Origin: Candidatus Magasanikiibacteriota bacterium
Lineage (GTDB): Bacteria > Patescibacteriota > Patescibacteriia > Magasanikbacterales > UBA922
Direction: 5' to 3'
Length of the DNA stretch: 64,000 bases
Assembly (NCBI GenBank): GCA_018650645.1
Contig: JABIFP010000025.1
Coordinates: forward strand, 7,976 to 71,975
The position numbers were made by a program, and so were the translations under genes. Positions 19,749-29,825 of the stretch are shown piece after piece (position 1 is the first letter of the stretch; each line of letters starts with the position of its first letter). A model generated the notes under the pieces. The model saw nothing but the letters and a program-made list of their open reading frames with translations, was not told the DNA's origin and ran no database searches.

Positions 19749-20423
19749 ATGACACACGTGCAGCAATTTGAATCAATGGATGAGCTAGTTTCTGCCCTCT
19801 TACCCGCGTTTAAAGCTGATAAGGAACTTCATATAGGTCTTTCGGGTGGAAACTCCCCTGTGGCACTCTACAAAGCTATCGCACAATTTCAGACATCACA
19901 TCAATCACAATTTTTTTATCAGGTTGATGAGAGATACGTACCAGCAGAGAGTGATGAATCAAATCAACGAATGATCCGGGAAACACTTATTGACCCAATC
20001 CGCCATAATTTAGGTGGATTCTTCTCTATAGACACATCCCTTCCGATTAATGAAGCAGTATACAAATATTCACAGGCCATTGAAACGATTCCTAATCAAT
20101 CATTTGATATTATTGTGCTAGGGCTTGGAACTGATGGTCACACAGCATCACTTTTTAGAGGCGATACAACACTTGGTGACTCTAATGCGTTGGTTCGCCA
20201 TACCATTAACCCTACGGCGCCAAACCCTCCAGTAAAAGATCGAATCACCTTAAGCTTGCATACTATTATGCGTGCAAAAAAAATAGTGCTACTGGTCACT
20301 AGTGCAGCTAAATGGCAACTAGTTGAATCCATGTTAAACGACCAGCCCAATACCACCACCCTACCAATCCACGCACTCCTTCCTCATCCAAATCTAGAGA
20401 TTATGTATGCCAAAACCGTATAG
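19749..20423 (+). CDS. pgl: 6-phosphogluconolactonase
   Basis: GLSGGNSP, LGLGTDGHTASLF and a 1-nt gap after the zwf stop. ATG at 19749. Confidence 0.8.
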   Translation: MTHVQQFESMDELVSALLPAFKADKELHIGLSGGNSPVALYKAIAQFQTSHQSQFFYQVDERYVPAESDESNQRMIRETLIDPIRHNLGGFFSIDTSLPINEAVYKYSQAIETIPNQSFDIIVLGLGTDGHTASLFRGDTTLGDSNALVRHTINPTAPNPPVKDRITLSLHTIMRAKKIVLLVTSAAKWQLVESMLNDQPNTTTLPIHALLPHPNLEIMYAKTV

Positions 20424-21057
20424 TTCAACAGACACACCCAGCCACAAAAGGCTCATAATTTTAGATTTTGATCATACTGTTTTTAATACCACCGCGTTTG
20501 TTGCCGCACAGCAGCAGCAATTAGAAAAAAAATTTAATATTGATAAAGAAACATTCACATCTGTAAGAAAATCCGTGAAAGACTGCTGCACCGTAATTGA
20601 TATCGATACGTTTGTGGCCTCACTACCACATGAAGATAAATCCGGACTCCATGCCGCAATTCATGAAACTGCTAAGCGTGCAGCCGAGTGGATTTTTTCT
20701 GATGTAGAAGCGTTTTTGTCAGCACACGCATCGCATTTTGACATACTTATTCAGACTCATGGCGATAAAGAACTCCAGACTGAAAAAATAATGCATGCAA
20801 ACCTGCCTGATGATATCCGTTTTCTCATTTCTACTAAACCAAAGGAAAAAGTCATTGCGGATTTTGTTCATCAATATGAACACATCTATATAATAGAGGA
20901 TAAACAAACTAATATTGATGCCATAAAGCAGACATTTCCAGAAGTGACCGCCTATTTCATTGCAAGAAAGGAAGACCATCCATATAAAGATGATTGCCCC
21001 GTCTGCAAAGGAGAAGATCATGCAATTGAATCACTGAACTTCACCATTCCACAATAA
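20407..21057 (+). CDS. HAD-superfamily hydrolase
   Basis: Motif I DFDHT (ILDFDHTVF); overlaps the pgl stop. Confidence 0.6.
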   Translation: MPKPYSSTDTPSHKRLIILDFDHTVFNTTAFVAAQQQQLEKKFNIDKETFTSVRKSVKDCCTVIDIDTFVASLPHEDKSGLHAAIHETAKRAAEWIFSDVEAFLSAHASHFDILIQTHGDKELQTEKIMHANLPDDIRFLISTKPKEKVIADFVHQYEHIYIIEDKQTNIDAIKQTFPEVTAYFIARKEDHPYKDDCPVCKGEDHAIESLNFTIPQ

Positions 21058-21059
21058 AA

Positions 21060-21091
21060 CAAAAAAATCGACTGCATAAGTCGATTTTTTA
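21060..21091. terminator. bidirectional rho-independent terminator
   Basis: aaaaaaatcgact gcata agtcgatttttt lies between the HAD gene (+) and the pilus-gene operon (-). Confidence 0.75.
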
Positions 21092-21490
21092 TAGTGATGA
21101 AACGATTTGCCAGTTTGTAATGCTCACACCACTGCTTACATCCGCAGTAATTTGTAACCGCCTATATGTACTGTTTACATTTCCTTCCACATTAAGCTGC
21201 CTACTATTGCCACCAAGATCCGTCACAACCACTGAGCACGTTCCTCCGTTTAATGAAACATTTTCTGTCCCAGTATAGCCAGTATCGAGTCTGAGTTGCT
21301 CCATTCCCTCTTCCGCACACGCATCAGCAAGAGCAATAAGTGTTCCTTCATCATTCCAAGCCCCCGTCATGCGGGAAGCATCAATACTGAGTAGCGCAAG
21401 CGAAACCGTTACAGCAACACCAACACCCGCAAGAGCAAATACTGCCAGCAGTGTCATGTATCCTTTTTTATTTAACGCTTTAACACGCAT
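21089..21490 (-). CDS. type IV pilus minor pilin / PilX-like protein (putative)
   Basis: The N-terminus MRVKALNKKGYMTLLAVFALAGVGVAV resembles the PilX_N/pseudopilin hydrophobic segment. It is the last gene of the pilus operon. The start ATG at 21490 is 1 nt after the upstream stop. Confidence 0.45.
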   Translation of the reverse strand: MRVKALNKKGYMTLLAVFALAGVGVAVTVSLALLSIDASRMTGAWNDEGTLIALADACAEEGMEQLRLDTGYTGTENVSLNGGTCSVVVTDLGGNSRQLNVEGNVNSTYRRLQITADVSSGVSITNWQIVSSL

Positions 21491-21491
21491 A

Positions 21492-21986
21492 TTATCTGTG
21501 TGTAATGGTTGAAGTAAAATCTTGCGTTGCAAACTGCTGTGGTCCATCTTCTATTGATTCCCTCTCTAACGTAAATGTCATTTCTGTAGAGCTGCTTCCC
21601 CAATCTGAAATGTCTGTGGCAATAAATGAAGTAGCAATGAGTCTTCCTGTTAGTAGCGGTACCGTGTTCCCAGCAACTTCCTTTTGTACAGAATTCCCAA
21701 CAAGCGAAAATGTTGTTGTCACATTGTCATACGAGACAACTTGCAGTACAGATGTTGCCACTCCGCCTGTAGGCACCGTAATTACTGATGCTCCATGAAC
21801 TGCATTACGCATTTCGTTCATTAAATTTCCTCCCTGAAAAGATACATCACTCACCACCTCGTGTTTTCCTCTGGACTGTAAAATCTGGATGAACATACTA
21901 CTAAGCGCAAGCAAAAATACTCCAGAAATTCCAATATAGAGAATGAGTTCTACCAATGTAAATCCTTTTTTTGAAGTAGTATTCAT
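21492..21986 (-). CDS. type IV pilin-like protein (prepilin N-terminal methylation motif)
   Basis: KKGFTLVELILYIGI is a class III signal with Glu at +5. Confidence 0.8.
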   Translation of the reverse strand: MNTTSKKGFTLVELILYIGISGVFLLALSSMFIQILQSRGKHEVVSDVSFQGGNLMNEMRNAVHGASVITVPTGGVATSVLQVVSYDNVTTTFSLVGNSVQKEVAGNTVPLLTGRLIATSFIATDISDWGSSSTEMTFTLERESIEDGPQQFATQDFTSTITHR

Positions 21987-21987
21987 A

Positions 21988-24921
21988 CTATTGGTAATTA
22001 ATCGTCACATCTTGAAGGACCGGTGTGTGATCTCCATCTGAACTTAATGTGGCACGGTATTGCAGCCACTGCGATTGGTTCAAATCGGTATCAAGTAATT
22101 GCAAGGCATTGTCACTAAACGTTGTTGCAGCTCCTCCACTTCCATACCATGCAGACCAAACTCCAGGGCTTCCACCACTATCGTCAGCAGTTCGTAACTC
22201 AATTTCTATGTCACAGGCTGGTGCGCAACTCGGAATCGATTCGTTCCATGAAATCATCTGCACAGCAGCATTTTTTCCCATATCAAATGCAGAACTTGTT
22301 AGTGTTCCAGATACTTCATATCCACCAGCTACCTGCTCTCCATTTCCCCACTCAATAGACACACTATCTAGCTGTACTTGTACCGTTCCATCACTTTCCA
22401 AATTTGCGCGGAACAAAAATTGCCCACTAGAGGTTGGGAATGATGAAAAATTATCGTGAATATCTGTGGCTATTGAATAATCAGACGCCCCAGCTGCGGC
22501 CCAGGCTGCACCAGTCCAGTAATACCACGATGTACCATTATTATCTGATACCTGATAGTAAATTTCACCTGTATTTTTTGTTGCTACTTCTGTAAAGCCA
22601 ACATAGTTTCCTAATCCGCTGACAGCTAAAAATGATGACGGGGTAATTGTTGGTACCGTATCAGGATATGACGCAGCTCCAGCAGAAACGCCAATTGTAG
22701 TCACATACCCATCATTCCCCGTTCCACTATATACAATGGCAATCATACTATTAGAAAGAATATATGCCATTGGATCAATTCCCTGCGTAGCATCAAACTC
22801 CTCTGAATCGATAAATGCCGCAGGTAGTGTTCCGTTATCTTCAATTGTGAGTAGTGCCAAAATACCATTATTAGTAGCATCCTCATACACTAAGGCATAA
22901 GTGGTTCCATCAAACGGGTACAGCTTCATCTCATATGCGCCACTCGTCTCAAACTCCCAAGAATCTACAATCGCATTAGTAATATCTCCCGCGGCATCAA
23001 TTTCAACTGTAGTTATAGTTCCATCATTTCCGGCCCCTTCATATGAAATTGCATAAATATCGCCACTAATTGGAATAAGATTAGGCGTATTAGCTGAGCT
23101 TGTATCAAATTCTAATGAATCGATAATACTATTCGTAATATTTCCACTTGTATCGATATCAACGGTTACTAGCCAGCCATCACTTCCAGCCCCTTGATAC
23201 GCAATTGCATATATGTCTCCTGAAATTGCTGTAATTGATGGATATTTTCCACTTGCGGTATCATATTCATATGAATCTACCTCTGTGATGGCTCCCGCAC
23301 CATTAACCGAAAATGTTTGTATAAATCCATCGCTCTTGTTTCCTTCATAAACGACTGCAAATACTCCATTGGCCAGCTCAATAAGAGAAGAAAATCGTCC
23401 ACTCTTATTATCAAATTCTGTTGAATCAATCACTGCCCCAATATTCCCAGCAGCATCAATATCTACGGTGACTGCATACCCGTCATTTTTATCTCCCGAA
23501 TAGGTGATCAAGTAGTTGTCTCCGGAAACATGTATTATCTCTACCTCTTTTCCCTGCTTTGTATCAAATTCATAAGTATCAATCACAGCACCACCAATAT
23601 CTCCCGCAGCGTCAACTGATACTGTTTTAATAAAACCATCGTTTCCTGATCCTGTGTATGCAATCGCAAAAATGTCATTTCCCAATGACAAAACATATGG
23701 CATGGTGGTGTTACTTGTATCAAATTCAAATGTTTCTGTTACTGCACCATTGATATCTGAGCCGCCACCACCTGCTGATACGAGTTGTGCCTGACCACCA
23801 GTCACTTCAATATCCGCTGCATTAAAGGTGTAACTTGTTGATGCAGAAAATGGCCACTGATACTGATTTCCACATCGAATACTGATCTCATCAAGAAGCA
23901 CATCATGCGTTCCGTCACTGGAAAGGAATGCCTGAAAAGAAATCCGCCCACTTGAAGTTGTAAATGACCCGATATTTGTATTTATATCTGCCGCTGTATT
24001 ATAGTCTGCTCCGCCAGCGGCTCCCCAAGCAGCTCCCGTCCAATATTCCCAGTTGGATCCATTATCACTTGAAATTTGATAATAAATTTCTCCGGCATTT
24101 TTTGTAGCAGTTTCAGAAAACTGCGTCCACTCATCTACATCTCCAGTTACAATAAAATCTACTAATGGTGCAATTGCAGGCTCATCATTTGGATAATTTG
24201 TGTCCCCTGGCCCAGCAGGAATAAGTACAGCTTCCCCTCCAGTTATTTCAATATCATCACTATCAAATGAGTAGCTTGTTGAAGCCGTAAAGCTCCATGA
24301 TTTTGTTCCACACTGTTCATTTAGTCGATTTAATTGCAATTGCCCTCCGGTAGTTACATCTACATCTCCTGAATCGCTATCATACGCTGCCGTGTCAGCC
24401 CAAATTGCTTGCCCGTCGCCGCTAGACCAATCTGTTTGCGTCCAATTGTCTGACTGCCAATTTGTGAGTAGTACTGATCTGTTTACTGCAAGCGATCTTC
24501 CTGCAATTGTCGTTCTTGTCACCGCAATCGTAGCCATGTGTGATGACATATCAACCGTTCCCGCAGGGCAGGTCACAATCACATCGGTTCCATCTCTACA
24601 TACATCAGTAAACGTAATTGTCCTTGTAAATTCTCCGATTGTTTCACTTGTTCCCTCTCCGCTTAGCGTCCACGCTCCTGTTGAAGAAGTGACCGCAGAC
24701 TGAGAATACGTAAATTCATTTACCGCCCTATCACGAATTGCTCTTACAGCCTCAACGCCTTCTTGAGCGAGATGTTCAGCAGTGATTCTATGCTTAGCCA
24801 CAATACTCGATTCATGCGCAAGGCTAATTGTGCTTATAAACATAAGCGCAAAGATAGCAAAAAGAGCCACAGCGAGTATGATCTCCATTATGCTAAATCC
24901 TTCCTTGCGCAACCTTTGCAT
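21988..24921 (-). CDS. giant pilin-like protein (977 aa): prepilin-type N-terminus, ~7-blade beta-propeller repeat region and three Asp-box-containing modules. Putative pilus-tip adhesin.
   Basis: N-terminus KEGFSIMEIILAVALFAIFAL. About seven tandem ~50-aa repeats with the pattern (I/V)DSxEFDT..G.....ISGD.YAI.Y.G.GNDG...TV.ID..G. Three ~80-aa modules with S-x-D-x-G-x-x-W (e.g. ISSDNGSNWEYWTGAAW). Confidence 0.85.
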   Translation of the reverse strand: MQRLRKEGFSIMEIILAVALFAIFALMFISTISLAHESSIVAKHRITAEHLAQEGVEAVRAIRDRAVNEFTYSQSAVTSSTGAWTLSGEGTSETIGEFTRTITFTDVCRDGTDVIVTCPAGTVDMSSHMATIAVTRTTIAGRSLAVNRSVLLTNWQSDNWTQTDWSSGDGQAIWADTAAYDSDSGDVDVTTGGQLQLNRLNEQCGTKSWSFTASTSYSFDSDDIEITGGEAVLIPAGPGDTNYPNDEPAIAPLVDFIVTGDVDEWTQFSETATKNAGEIYYQISSDNGSNWEYWTGAAWGAAGGADYNTAADINTNIGSFTTSSGRISFQAFLSSDGTHDVLLDEISIRCGNQYQWPFSASTSYTFNAADIEVTGGQAQLVSAGGGGSDINGAVTETFEFDTSNTTMPYVLSLGNDIFAIAYTGSGNDGFIKTVSVDAAGDIGGAVIDTYEFDTKQGKEVEIIHVSGDNYLITYSGDKNDGYAVTVDIDAAGNIGAVIDSTEFDNKSGRFSSLIELANGVFAVVYEGNKSDGFIQTFSVNGAGAITEVDSYEYDTASGKYPSITAISGDIYAIAYQGAGSDGWLVTVDIDTSGNITNSIIDSLEFDTSSANTPNLIPISGDIYAISYEGAGNDGTITTVEIDAAGDITNAIVDSWEFETSGAYEMKLYPFDGTTYALVYEDATNNGILALLTIEDNGTLPAAFIDSEEFDATQGIDPMAYILSNSMIAIVYSGTGNDGYVTTIGVSAGAASYPDTVPTITPSSFLAVSGLGNYVGFTEVATKNTGEIYYQVSDNNGTSWYYWTGAAWAAAGASDYSIATDIHDNFSSFPTSSGQFLFRANLESDGTVQVQLDSVSIEWGNGEQVAGGYEVSGTLTSSAFDMGKNAAVQMISWNESIPSCAPACDIEIELRTADDSGGSPGVWSAWYGSGGAATTFSDNALQLLDTDLNQSQWLQYRATLSSDGDHTPVLQDVTINYQ
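22700..23790 (-). repeat. coding tandem repeats (~7 x ~150 nt) encoding propeller-blade-like units inside the giant pilin gene
   Basis: Periodicity seen in the translated protein (aa ~380-740). The repeats have diverged at nucleotide level. Confidence 0.55.
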
Positions 24922-24922
24922 A

Positions 24923-25354
24923 TTACTGGTAGCTTATCGTTGAACTTGATATTAATACGGTTTGCGGATCATGTCCTGCTTTGGTTATACGAATTGTTCC
25001 ACTTACTGAAGACGCTCCTGTACTTTTACTAAAAATCACGTCTGACTCTCCGGTAATAATGAGCTGTTCATCTAATATAATAATTTCATCATATGAAGCA
25101 TCTCGTAATGCGTAATCATTTCCTCTAAAAAGTGTCATATTTGTATCAGCCATATGCACCCCCCAATCGGTATCGTATTTCATGGTGTGTGCGTATACCT
25201 TTGCAAGCCGCAATGTAGAAACAACATGTTGCCGCGCTACAATAGTAGAGCTTTTTTCTTGTATTGATGTAAAAAGAGGTAACGTAAATGCCGAAACAAG
25301 GGCAATGATAGCAATCACCAGAATGAGTTCTACTAATGTAAACCCTTTTTTCAT
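24923..25354 (-). CDS. type IV pilin-like protein (prepilin N-terminal motif)
   Basis: KKGFTLVELILVIAIIALVSA. It ends 1 nt before the start of the giant pilin-like gene. Confidence 0.8.
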   Translation of the reverse strand: MKKGFTLVELILVIAIIALVSAFTLPLFTSIQEKSSTIVARQHVVSTLRLAKVYAHTMKYDTDWGVHMADTNMTLFRGNDYALRDASYDEIIILDEQLIITGESDVIFSKSTGASSVSGTIRITKAGHDPQTVLISSSTISYQ

Positions 25355-25366
25355 ATGTACCCGGTA

Positions 25367-26617
25367 TTACCCAACACTTCCAACCAGTGTATAGATTGGG
25401 AGAATGATTCCAATCGCTAACCCCGCAACAATAAGTGAAACAAAGAGAAGTAATAACGGTTCAAGTACAACCGAAATATTTTTTGCAGAGACTTCTGTTC
25501 TTTCTTCATACCGCTGACCAATTTGTACCAAAATAGAAGATAATTTTCCGGTTCGTTCACCCGTAACAATAAGCTGCTGCACTGCGCCAGGAATAAGAAA
25601 GGATGATTTCTTTTTGTTTTCTGCAAAGGCATCTGAAAATGACTGTCCTCTTCCTATTTGCATCTCTAAATCGGCATATAGCCTTCCGTATTGCCGTACA
25701 AGTGTGGCTTCAGAGAGTGATTTAAGTGCTTGCAAAATTGGTAACCCTGCACCGAGCAGCGTTCCCAAAATAAATCCAAATCGAGCGAGTTCTACTTCTT
25801 GAATCAATTTTTTTAGTAGCGGTGTATGTAAAATGATCCACTGTCCCATGAATTTTGTTTTTCTGCTCAGGAAAAGTACATAAACAGTTGTAATAATCGA
25901 AGCGACAATAGTTGGGATGAGCCAGTGACCGTACGCTTTTACCACCATACCTATCCACATGAGTACGCGAGTAATCCATGGTAAATCAACATCTAAAGAA
26001 ACAAACAAGTTGGTAATTTTAGGAAGAATGAACCATGTTAATCCAAGACCAATGATTGATGCCAGAGACAATACCAATACAGGATACATCATGGCACTAC
26101 GGAGCCTATCTTTAAATGCTCGTTCCTTTTCTTGCTGCTGCAATACAATAATTAAATTCTCTCCGAGGCGTCCTGATTGCTCCCCCACATCAATGAGCGT
26201 AATGACATGATCTTTAAAGAGCTTCGTTTTCCTCAGCGCTTCAGTCAAAGAAGACCCATCCTGAATATCATCTCTCATTTGCATCAGCAAGGCCTTCATA
26301 GAAGCCCCTTTTAGCTCAGAATGGACCGCTTCAAGTGCGGCAACAACATCCATTCCAGAAGAAAGTAGCAGTGCTAGTTGATCAATAACAAAATCTCTTT
26401 CTTTTCCAACAAAAAGGTACCCAAACCGAGAATGAAAAGATTGCTTTTCAGCCTTTGGTGCAGGTTCTTTTTTTGCGCGAGGTGCCGGAGAGGGTGCAGT
26501 CTTTTCTTTTTTTGGTTTAGAAACCTTTTTTGCGGCAGGCTTCTTTTTTTCTTGCGTATGTGCAAGTACCTCTGCTGCCTCATGCGCATTTGTTGTTTTT
26601 TTCTTTGCAGGAGGCAT
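25367..26617 (-). CDS. pilC: type IV pilus assembly platform protein PilC (GspF family) with a K/P/A-rich N-terminal extension
   Basis: Two GspF-like repeats with three TM segments. The N-terminal ~60 aa is low-complexity (PAKKKTTNAHEAAE...KKEPAPKAEK). Confidence 0.9.
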   Translation of the reverse strand: MPPAKKKTTNAHEAAEVLAHTQEKKKPAAKKVSKPKKEKTAPSPAPRAKKEPAPKAEKQSFHSRFGYLFVGKERDFVIDQLALLLSSGMDVVAALEAVHSELKGASMKALLMQMRDDIQDGSSLTEALRKTKLFKDHVITLIDVGEQSGRLGENLIIVLQQQEKERAFKDRLRSAMMYPVLVLSLASIIGLGLTWFILPKITNLFVSLDVDLPWITRVLMWIGMVVKAYGHWLIPTIVASIITTVYVLFLSRKTKFMGQWIILHTPLLKKLIQEVELARFGFILGTLLGAGLPILQALKSLSEATLVRQYGRLYADLEMQIGRGQSFSDAFAENKKKSSFLIPGAVQQLIVTGERTGKLSSILVQIGQRYEERTEVSAKNISVVLEPLLLLFVSLIVAGLAIGIILPIYTLVGSVG

Positions 26618-26620
26618 AGA

Positions 26621-28300
26621 TTATGATTTTTTCTTTTTACTTTTTGTTCGAACTGGCTTCACAGGTGGGGTAGCTATACGCATAAGTTCTTGCAAGGTGG
26701 TGACACCCTGCGTTACTTTTGAAAGACCATCTTCAAACAGTGTATGCGCACCCTCTTTCATTGCAAGTGCCCAAATTTCTTGTGCTGAAGGATTCGTCAT
26801 AACGAGTTCCCTCATCGCAGATGTCATTGAAATGAATTCAAAAATCGCAACTCGCCCTTTATAACCTGTTCCCCCGCAATTACCACAACCAGTTCCATGA
26901 TAAAGTGTTATTTTCTTTTTTCCGAGTAGCGGCTTTACATTAGCTGGAATTTGTTTTACTGCTTGAGCGGCAGGAATCGATGTTCTACAACTTTCGCAAA
27001 TCTTTCTTACCAGTCGCTGCGCCATAATCAATTCAAGAGTGGAAGCAAGTAAAAATGGTTCTGCTCCCATATCAAGAAGACGCGGAATGGCCGTTGCTGC
27101 ATCGTTTGCATGGAATGTAGAGAACAAAAGATGACCCGTAAGTGCCGCATTCACTGCAATTTCTACTGTTTCTGTATCACGAATTTCTCCTACTAAAATC
27201 ACATCCGGATCCTGCCTAACAATTGATCTGAGTCCTTTAGAAAACGTAATCCCCTTTTCTTCATTAACCTGAATCTGATTAAGCCCAGAAATGCGATACT
27301 CAACAGGATCTTCAATAGTTGTGATGTTTACATCTGGGTTATTTAAAATGCGCAACAGTGAATACAGTGTTGTTGATTTTCCAGACCCCGTTGGCCCCAC
27401 AACAAGCACCATTCCAAATGGTTTTTTAGAAGCGGCCATGAGCAGTTCCTGATCATGATCATCTAATCCCAAATCTCCTAACCCGAATCCTTCAATATAA
27501 CTAGAGAGTAAACGAATAACAATCTTTTCTCCTGAAATTACTGGCGCAATAGAGACACGCATATCAATATGCACGCGCTCGTTTTTAAATCTAATTGCTC
27601 CATCTTGCGTAGCAAAGTGTTCATCAATTCTAAGATGCGCCATGACTTTAATCAGGTTCACCATGTGCTGATAATTCACTGTCGGAATTCTTCCTGCTTC
27701 TTGCAACACCCCATCAACCCTGAAACGAACAATCGCTTCGTCTTCATGTGGTTCAAAGTGAATGTCAGATGATTTATGCACTAAAGCATCTTCAAAAATG
27801 GCATCAATAATCGTTGGTGCAACGTGTTTTTCTTTTTCTAAAATTTTCTGAAAGCGCGTATTCAGTGTTTGCCTATACTGATTGAGTACTTTATCAATAT
27901 CTTCAGTAAGACCATATGCCACAATCGCTTTTTTCTTCTTTGCTAAAGATTTTGTAAGCGTTTTCAGTGATGCATTTTTAGGCGTATCAGTTGCAAATAC
28001 AATCTCCTTGTCTGTTTCTTTATACGCAATCAAGCGATGCTTTTTTGCTGAAGCAGCAGGAACAAGTGCCCGTAAATCGGCACCAGGCATGTTTGAATTG
28101 ATGTCTGCATAGGTTAGCTTAAACGATTCAGCAAGTGCCTGACCAATCAAATCAGCTGACACTTCCCCACTTTCTTTCAGCATGGCTAACACGGTCTTTT
28201 TACTTTTCTTTGCTTTCGCTTGTGCCGCCTTAACATCAGAAGCATCAACATACGCTCCATCGATGAGCGCGGTTAATATATTTGCTTCGCTGACAGGCAT
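26621..28300 (-). CDS. pilB: type IV pilus assembly ATPase PilB (GspE family)
   Basis: Walker A GPTGSGKST, Asp/His boxes, and a tetracysteine CESC...CGNCGGTGYKGR. Confidence 0.95.
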   Translation of the reverse strand: MPVSEANILTALIDGAYVDASDVKAAQAKAKKSKKTVLAMLKESGEVSADLIGQALAESFKLTYADINSNMPGADLRALVPAASAKKHRLIAYKETDKEIVFATDTPKNASLKTLTKSLAKKKKAIVAYGLTEDIDKVLNQYRQTLNTRFQKILEKEKHVAPTIIDAIFEDALVHKSSDIHFEPHEDEAIVRFRVDGVLQEAGRIPTVNYQHMVNLIKVMAHLRIDEHFATQDGAIRFKNERVHIDMRVSIAPVISGEKIVIRLLSSYIEGFGLGDLGLDDHDQELLMAASKKPFGMVLVVGPTGSGKSTTLYSLLRILNNPDVNITTIEDPVEYRISGLNQIQVNEEKGITFSKGLRSIVRQDPDVILVGEIRDTETVEIAVNAALTGHLLFSTFHANDAATAIPRLLDMGAEPFLLASTLELIMAQRLVRKICESCRTSIPAAQAVKQIPANVKPLLGKKKITLYHGTGCGNCGGTGYKGRVAIFEFISMTSAMRELVMTNPSAQEIWALAMKEGAHTLFEDGLSKVTQGVTTLQELMRIATPPVKPVRTKSKKKKS

Positions 28301-28314
28301 AGCGGTTGGTTAGA

Positions 28315-28686
28315 CTATTTCTTAAGTGCTTTTTCTACATGTACGATTACTTCCGTAATTGGCGTGTTAGATTTTACAAAATAATCTACAGCTCCCAATT
28401 TTTTACACTTATCTTGATCTTCTGTTTGGCTCAAATTTGTAGACACAATAACGGGTGTTTTGTCACCACGTTTTTGTTTTTCTTCTAGTACGCCAAATCC
28501 ATCTACTTTCGGCATCATTAAATCAAGCAATACTAAATCGAATTTTCCATTTTTTAAATATACCAAAGCTTCTTCTCCGTCGTATGCATTCTCTACTGCA
28601 TACCCAGCTTTTGATAGCTTCAGCGCGAGCGCTTTTGCCATTGGTTTTTCGTCTTCAGCAATAAGGATTTTCTTTTTTGCGGCCAT
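28315..28686 (-). CDS. single-domain response regulator (CheY/PilH-like receiver) leading the pilus operon
   Basis: ILIAEDE, LVLLDLMMPKVDG, VIVSTNLS and DYFVKS receiver signatures in a 123-aa product. Confidence 0.85.
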   Translation of the reverse strand: MAAKKKILIAEDEKPMAKALALKLSKAGYAVENAYDGEEALVYLKNGKFDLVLLDLMMPKVDGFGVLEEKQKRGDKTPVIVSTNLSQTEDQDKCKKLGAVDYFVKSNTPITEVIVHVEKALKK

Positions 28687-28760
28687 AACAAAAAGGTCAA
28701 GAAAAAAATAGTTCTCTTTAGGTGCAGTATAGCATAAGAGTTTCTCTCAACCAAGCATTT

Positions 28761-29825
28761 TTATTCAAAAATCACATCACCATTTTGCGGCACAACTTCT
28801 ATCCAAATAGTTCCGCCTTGAATATGCATCGGTTGCCCATCTTTTGCTGTGAAAACAGTTGGTGTATCCTTTGCCGTTTTACTCCACGTTCCCTCTTGTA
28901 TGTTCCCTGCTGCAAAGATATATGCGTCGCCAGTACCAATGGTTTCCATGCCTAACCTTCCTTTATTATCTAACACTTGTGTTTGTACTTTTTGCACCAC
29001 AATGGTATCTGCTTCATACCGCGGCCCAGACGCATCAATATGTGGCCGCGAGAATTGATCACGCTCATACTTGTTGGTGCTACTCACGTAATACCAATCT
29101 GGTGCGTAAATTCCTTGAGAAAAAATAATTTCAAGATGTGTTATGCACTCTTCTGTACACGGTTCACTTGCCTGCACACTCCACCGTGGTTGCAGCTCTG
29201 ATATTTCTTTTGGTGCGTATTTTTCATGTGCACTCCTAAAAAGTTCTGCAGAAGTATATGCATTGTGCGGGGCAAATCGCCCCTGATCTCTCCAAAAATA
29301 CCATCCTCTAGAAAACTCGTTCATATCAAAGACATCTTCCGCTGCAATTCTCTCTAGCGCATCAGGCGAGCCGCCAACATGCATGTACATTGTCCCCGGG
29401 TATTCAGCAAGCCAGTCTAAATAGTATGGACGAGCAGACCGAATAGGGCCAATCTTTTTTACATCAGTATCAAGCGGAAAAAGTGCCATAAACCGTGGGA
29501 TATTCCCTTCTACCGGCGCTTCATACACCACAGCTGCCTTATTTAATCCAGAAAGTGGATTTGCCTCAATATGATTTTCAATCATGACTGCAACAAGTGG
29601 TTGTTCTTGATGCTCTCCATCATCCAAACACACACCATCAAACGACCTTGTCACCGCGCAATCACCATTATGTGCATATTGATCTTCTACCTGCACTATT
29701 TCTCCCGGCACAGGCGCACTGCCGCGTGGAATAAAAAACCATCCGGCAAGGATAAGTGCTACAGCTATGGTAATTACTGAAATATGCTGCATTGTTTTGG
29801 GTAAATCGATGTTGTATTTTGGCAT
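28761..29825 (-). CDS. DUF3048 (YerB-like) family membrane-anchored/lipoprotein
   Basis: PLVAVMIENH...SGL..A.VVYEAPVEG...RFMALF...IGPIRSARPYY...GGSP...APHNAYTS matches the DUF3048 N- and C-domain pattern. An N-terminal TM follows the probable start MPKYN (29825). Confidence 0.7.
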   Translation of the reverse strand: MPKYNIDLPKTMQHISVITIAVALILAGWFFIPRGSAPVPGEIVQVEDQYAHNGDCAVTRSFDGVCLDDGEHQEQPLVAVMIENHIEANPLSGLNKAAVVYEAPVEGNIPRFMALFPLDTDVKKIGPIRSARPYYLDWLAEYPGTMYMHVGGSPDALERIAAEDVFDMNEFSRGWYFWRDQGRFAPHNAYTSAELFRSAHEKYAPKEISELQPRWSVQASEPCTEECITHLEIIFSQGIYAPDWYYVSSTNKYERDQFSRPHIDASGPRYEADTIVVQKVQTQVLDNKGRLGMETIGTGDAYIFAAGNIQEGTWSKTAKDTPTVFTAKDGQPMHIQGGTIWIEVVPQNGDVIFE

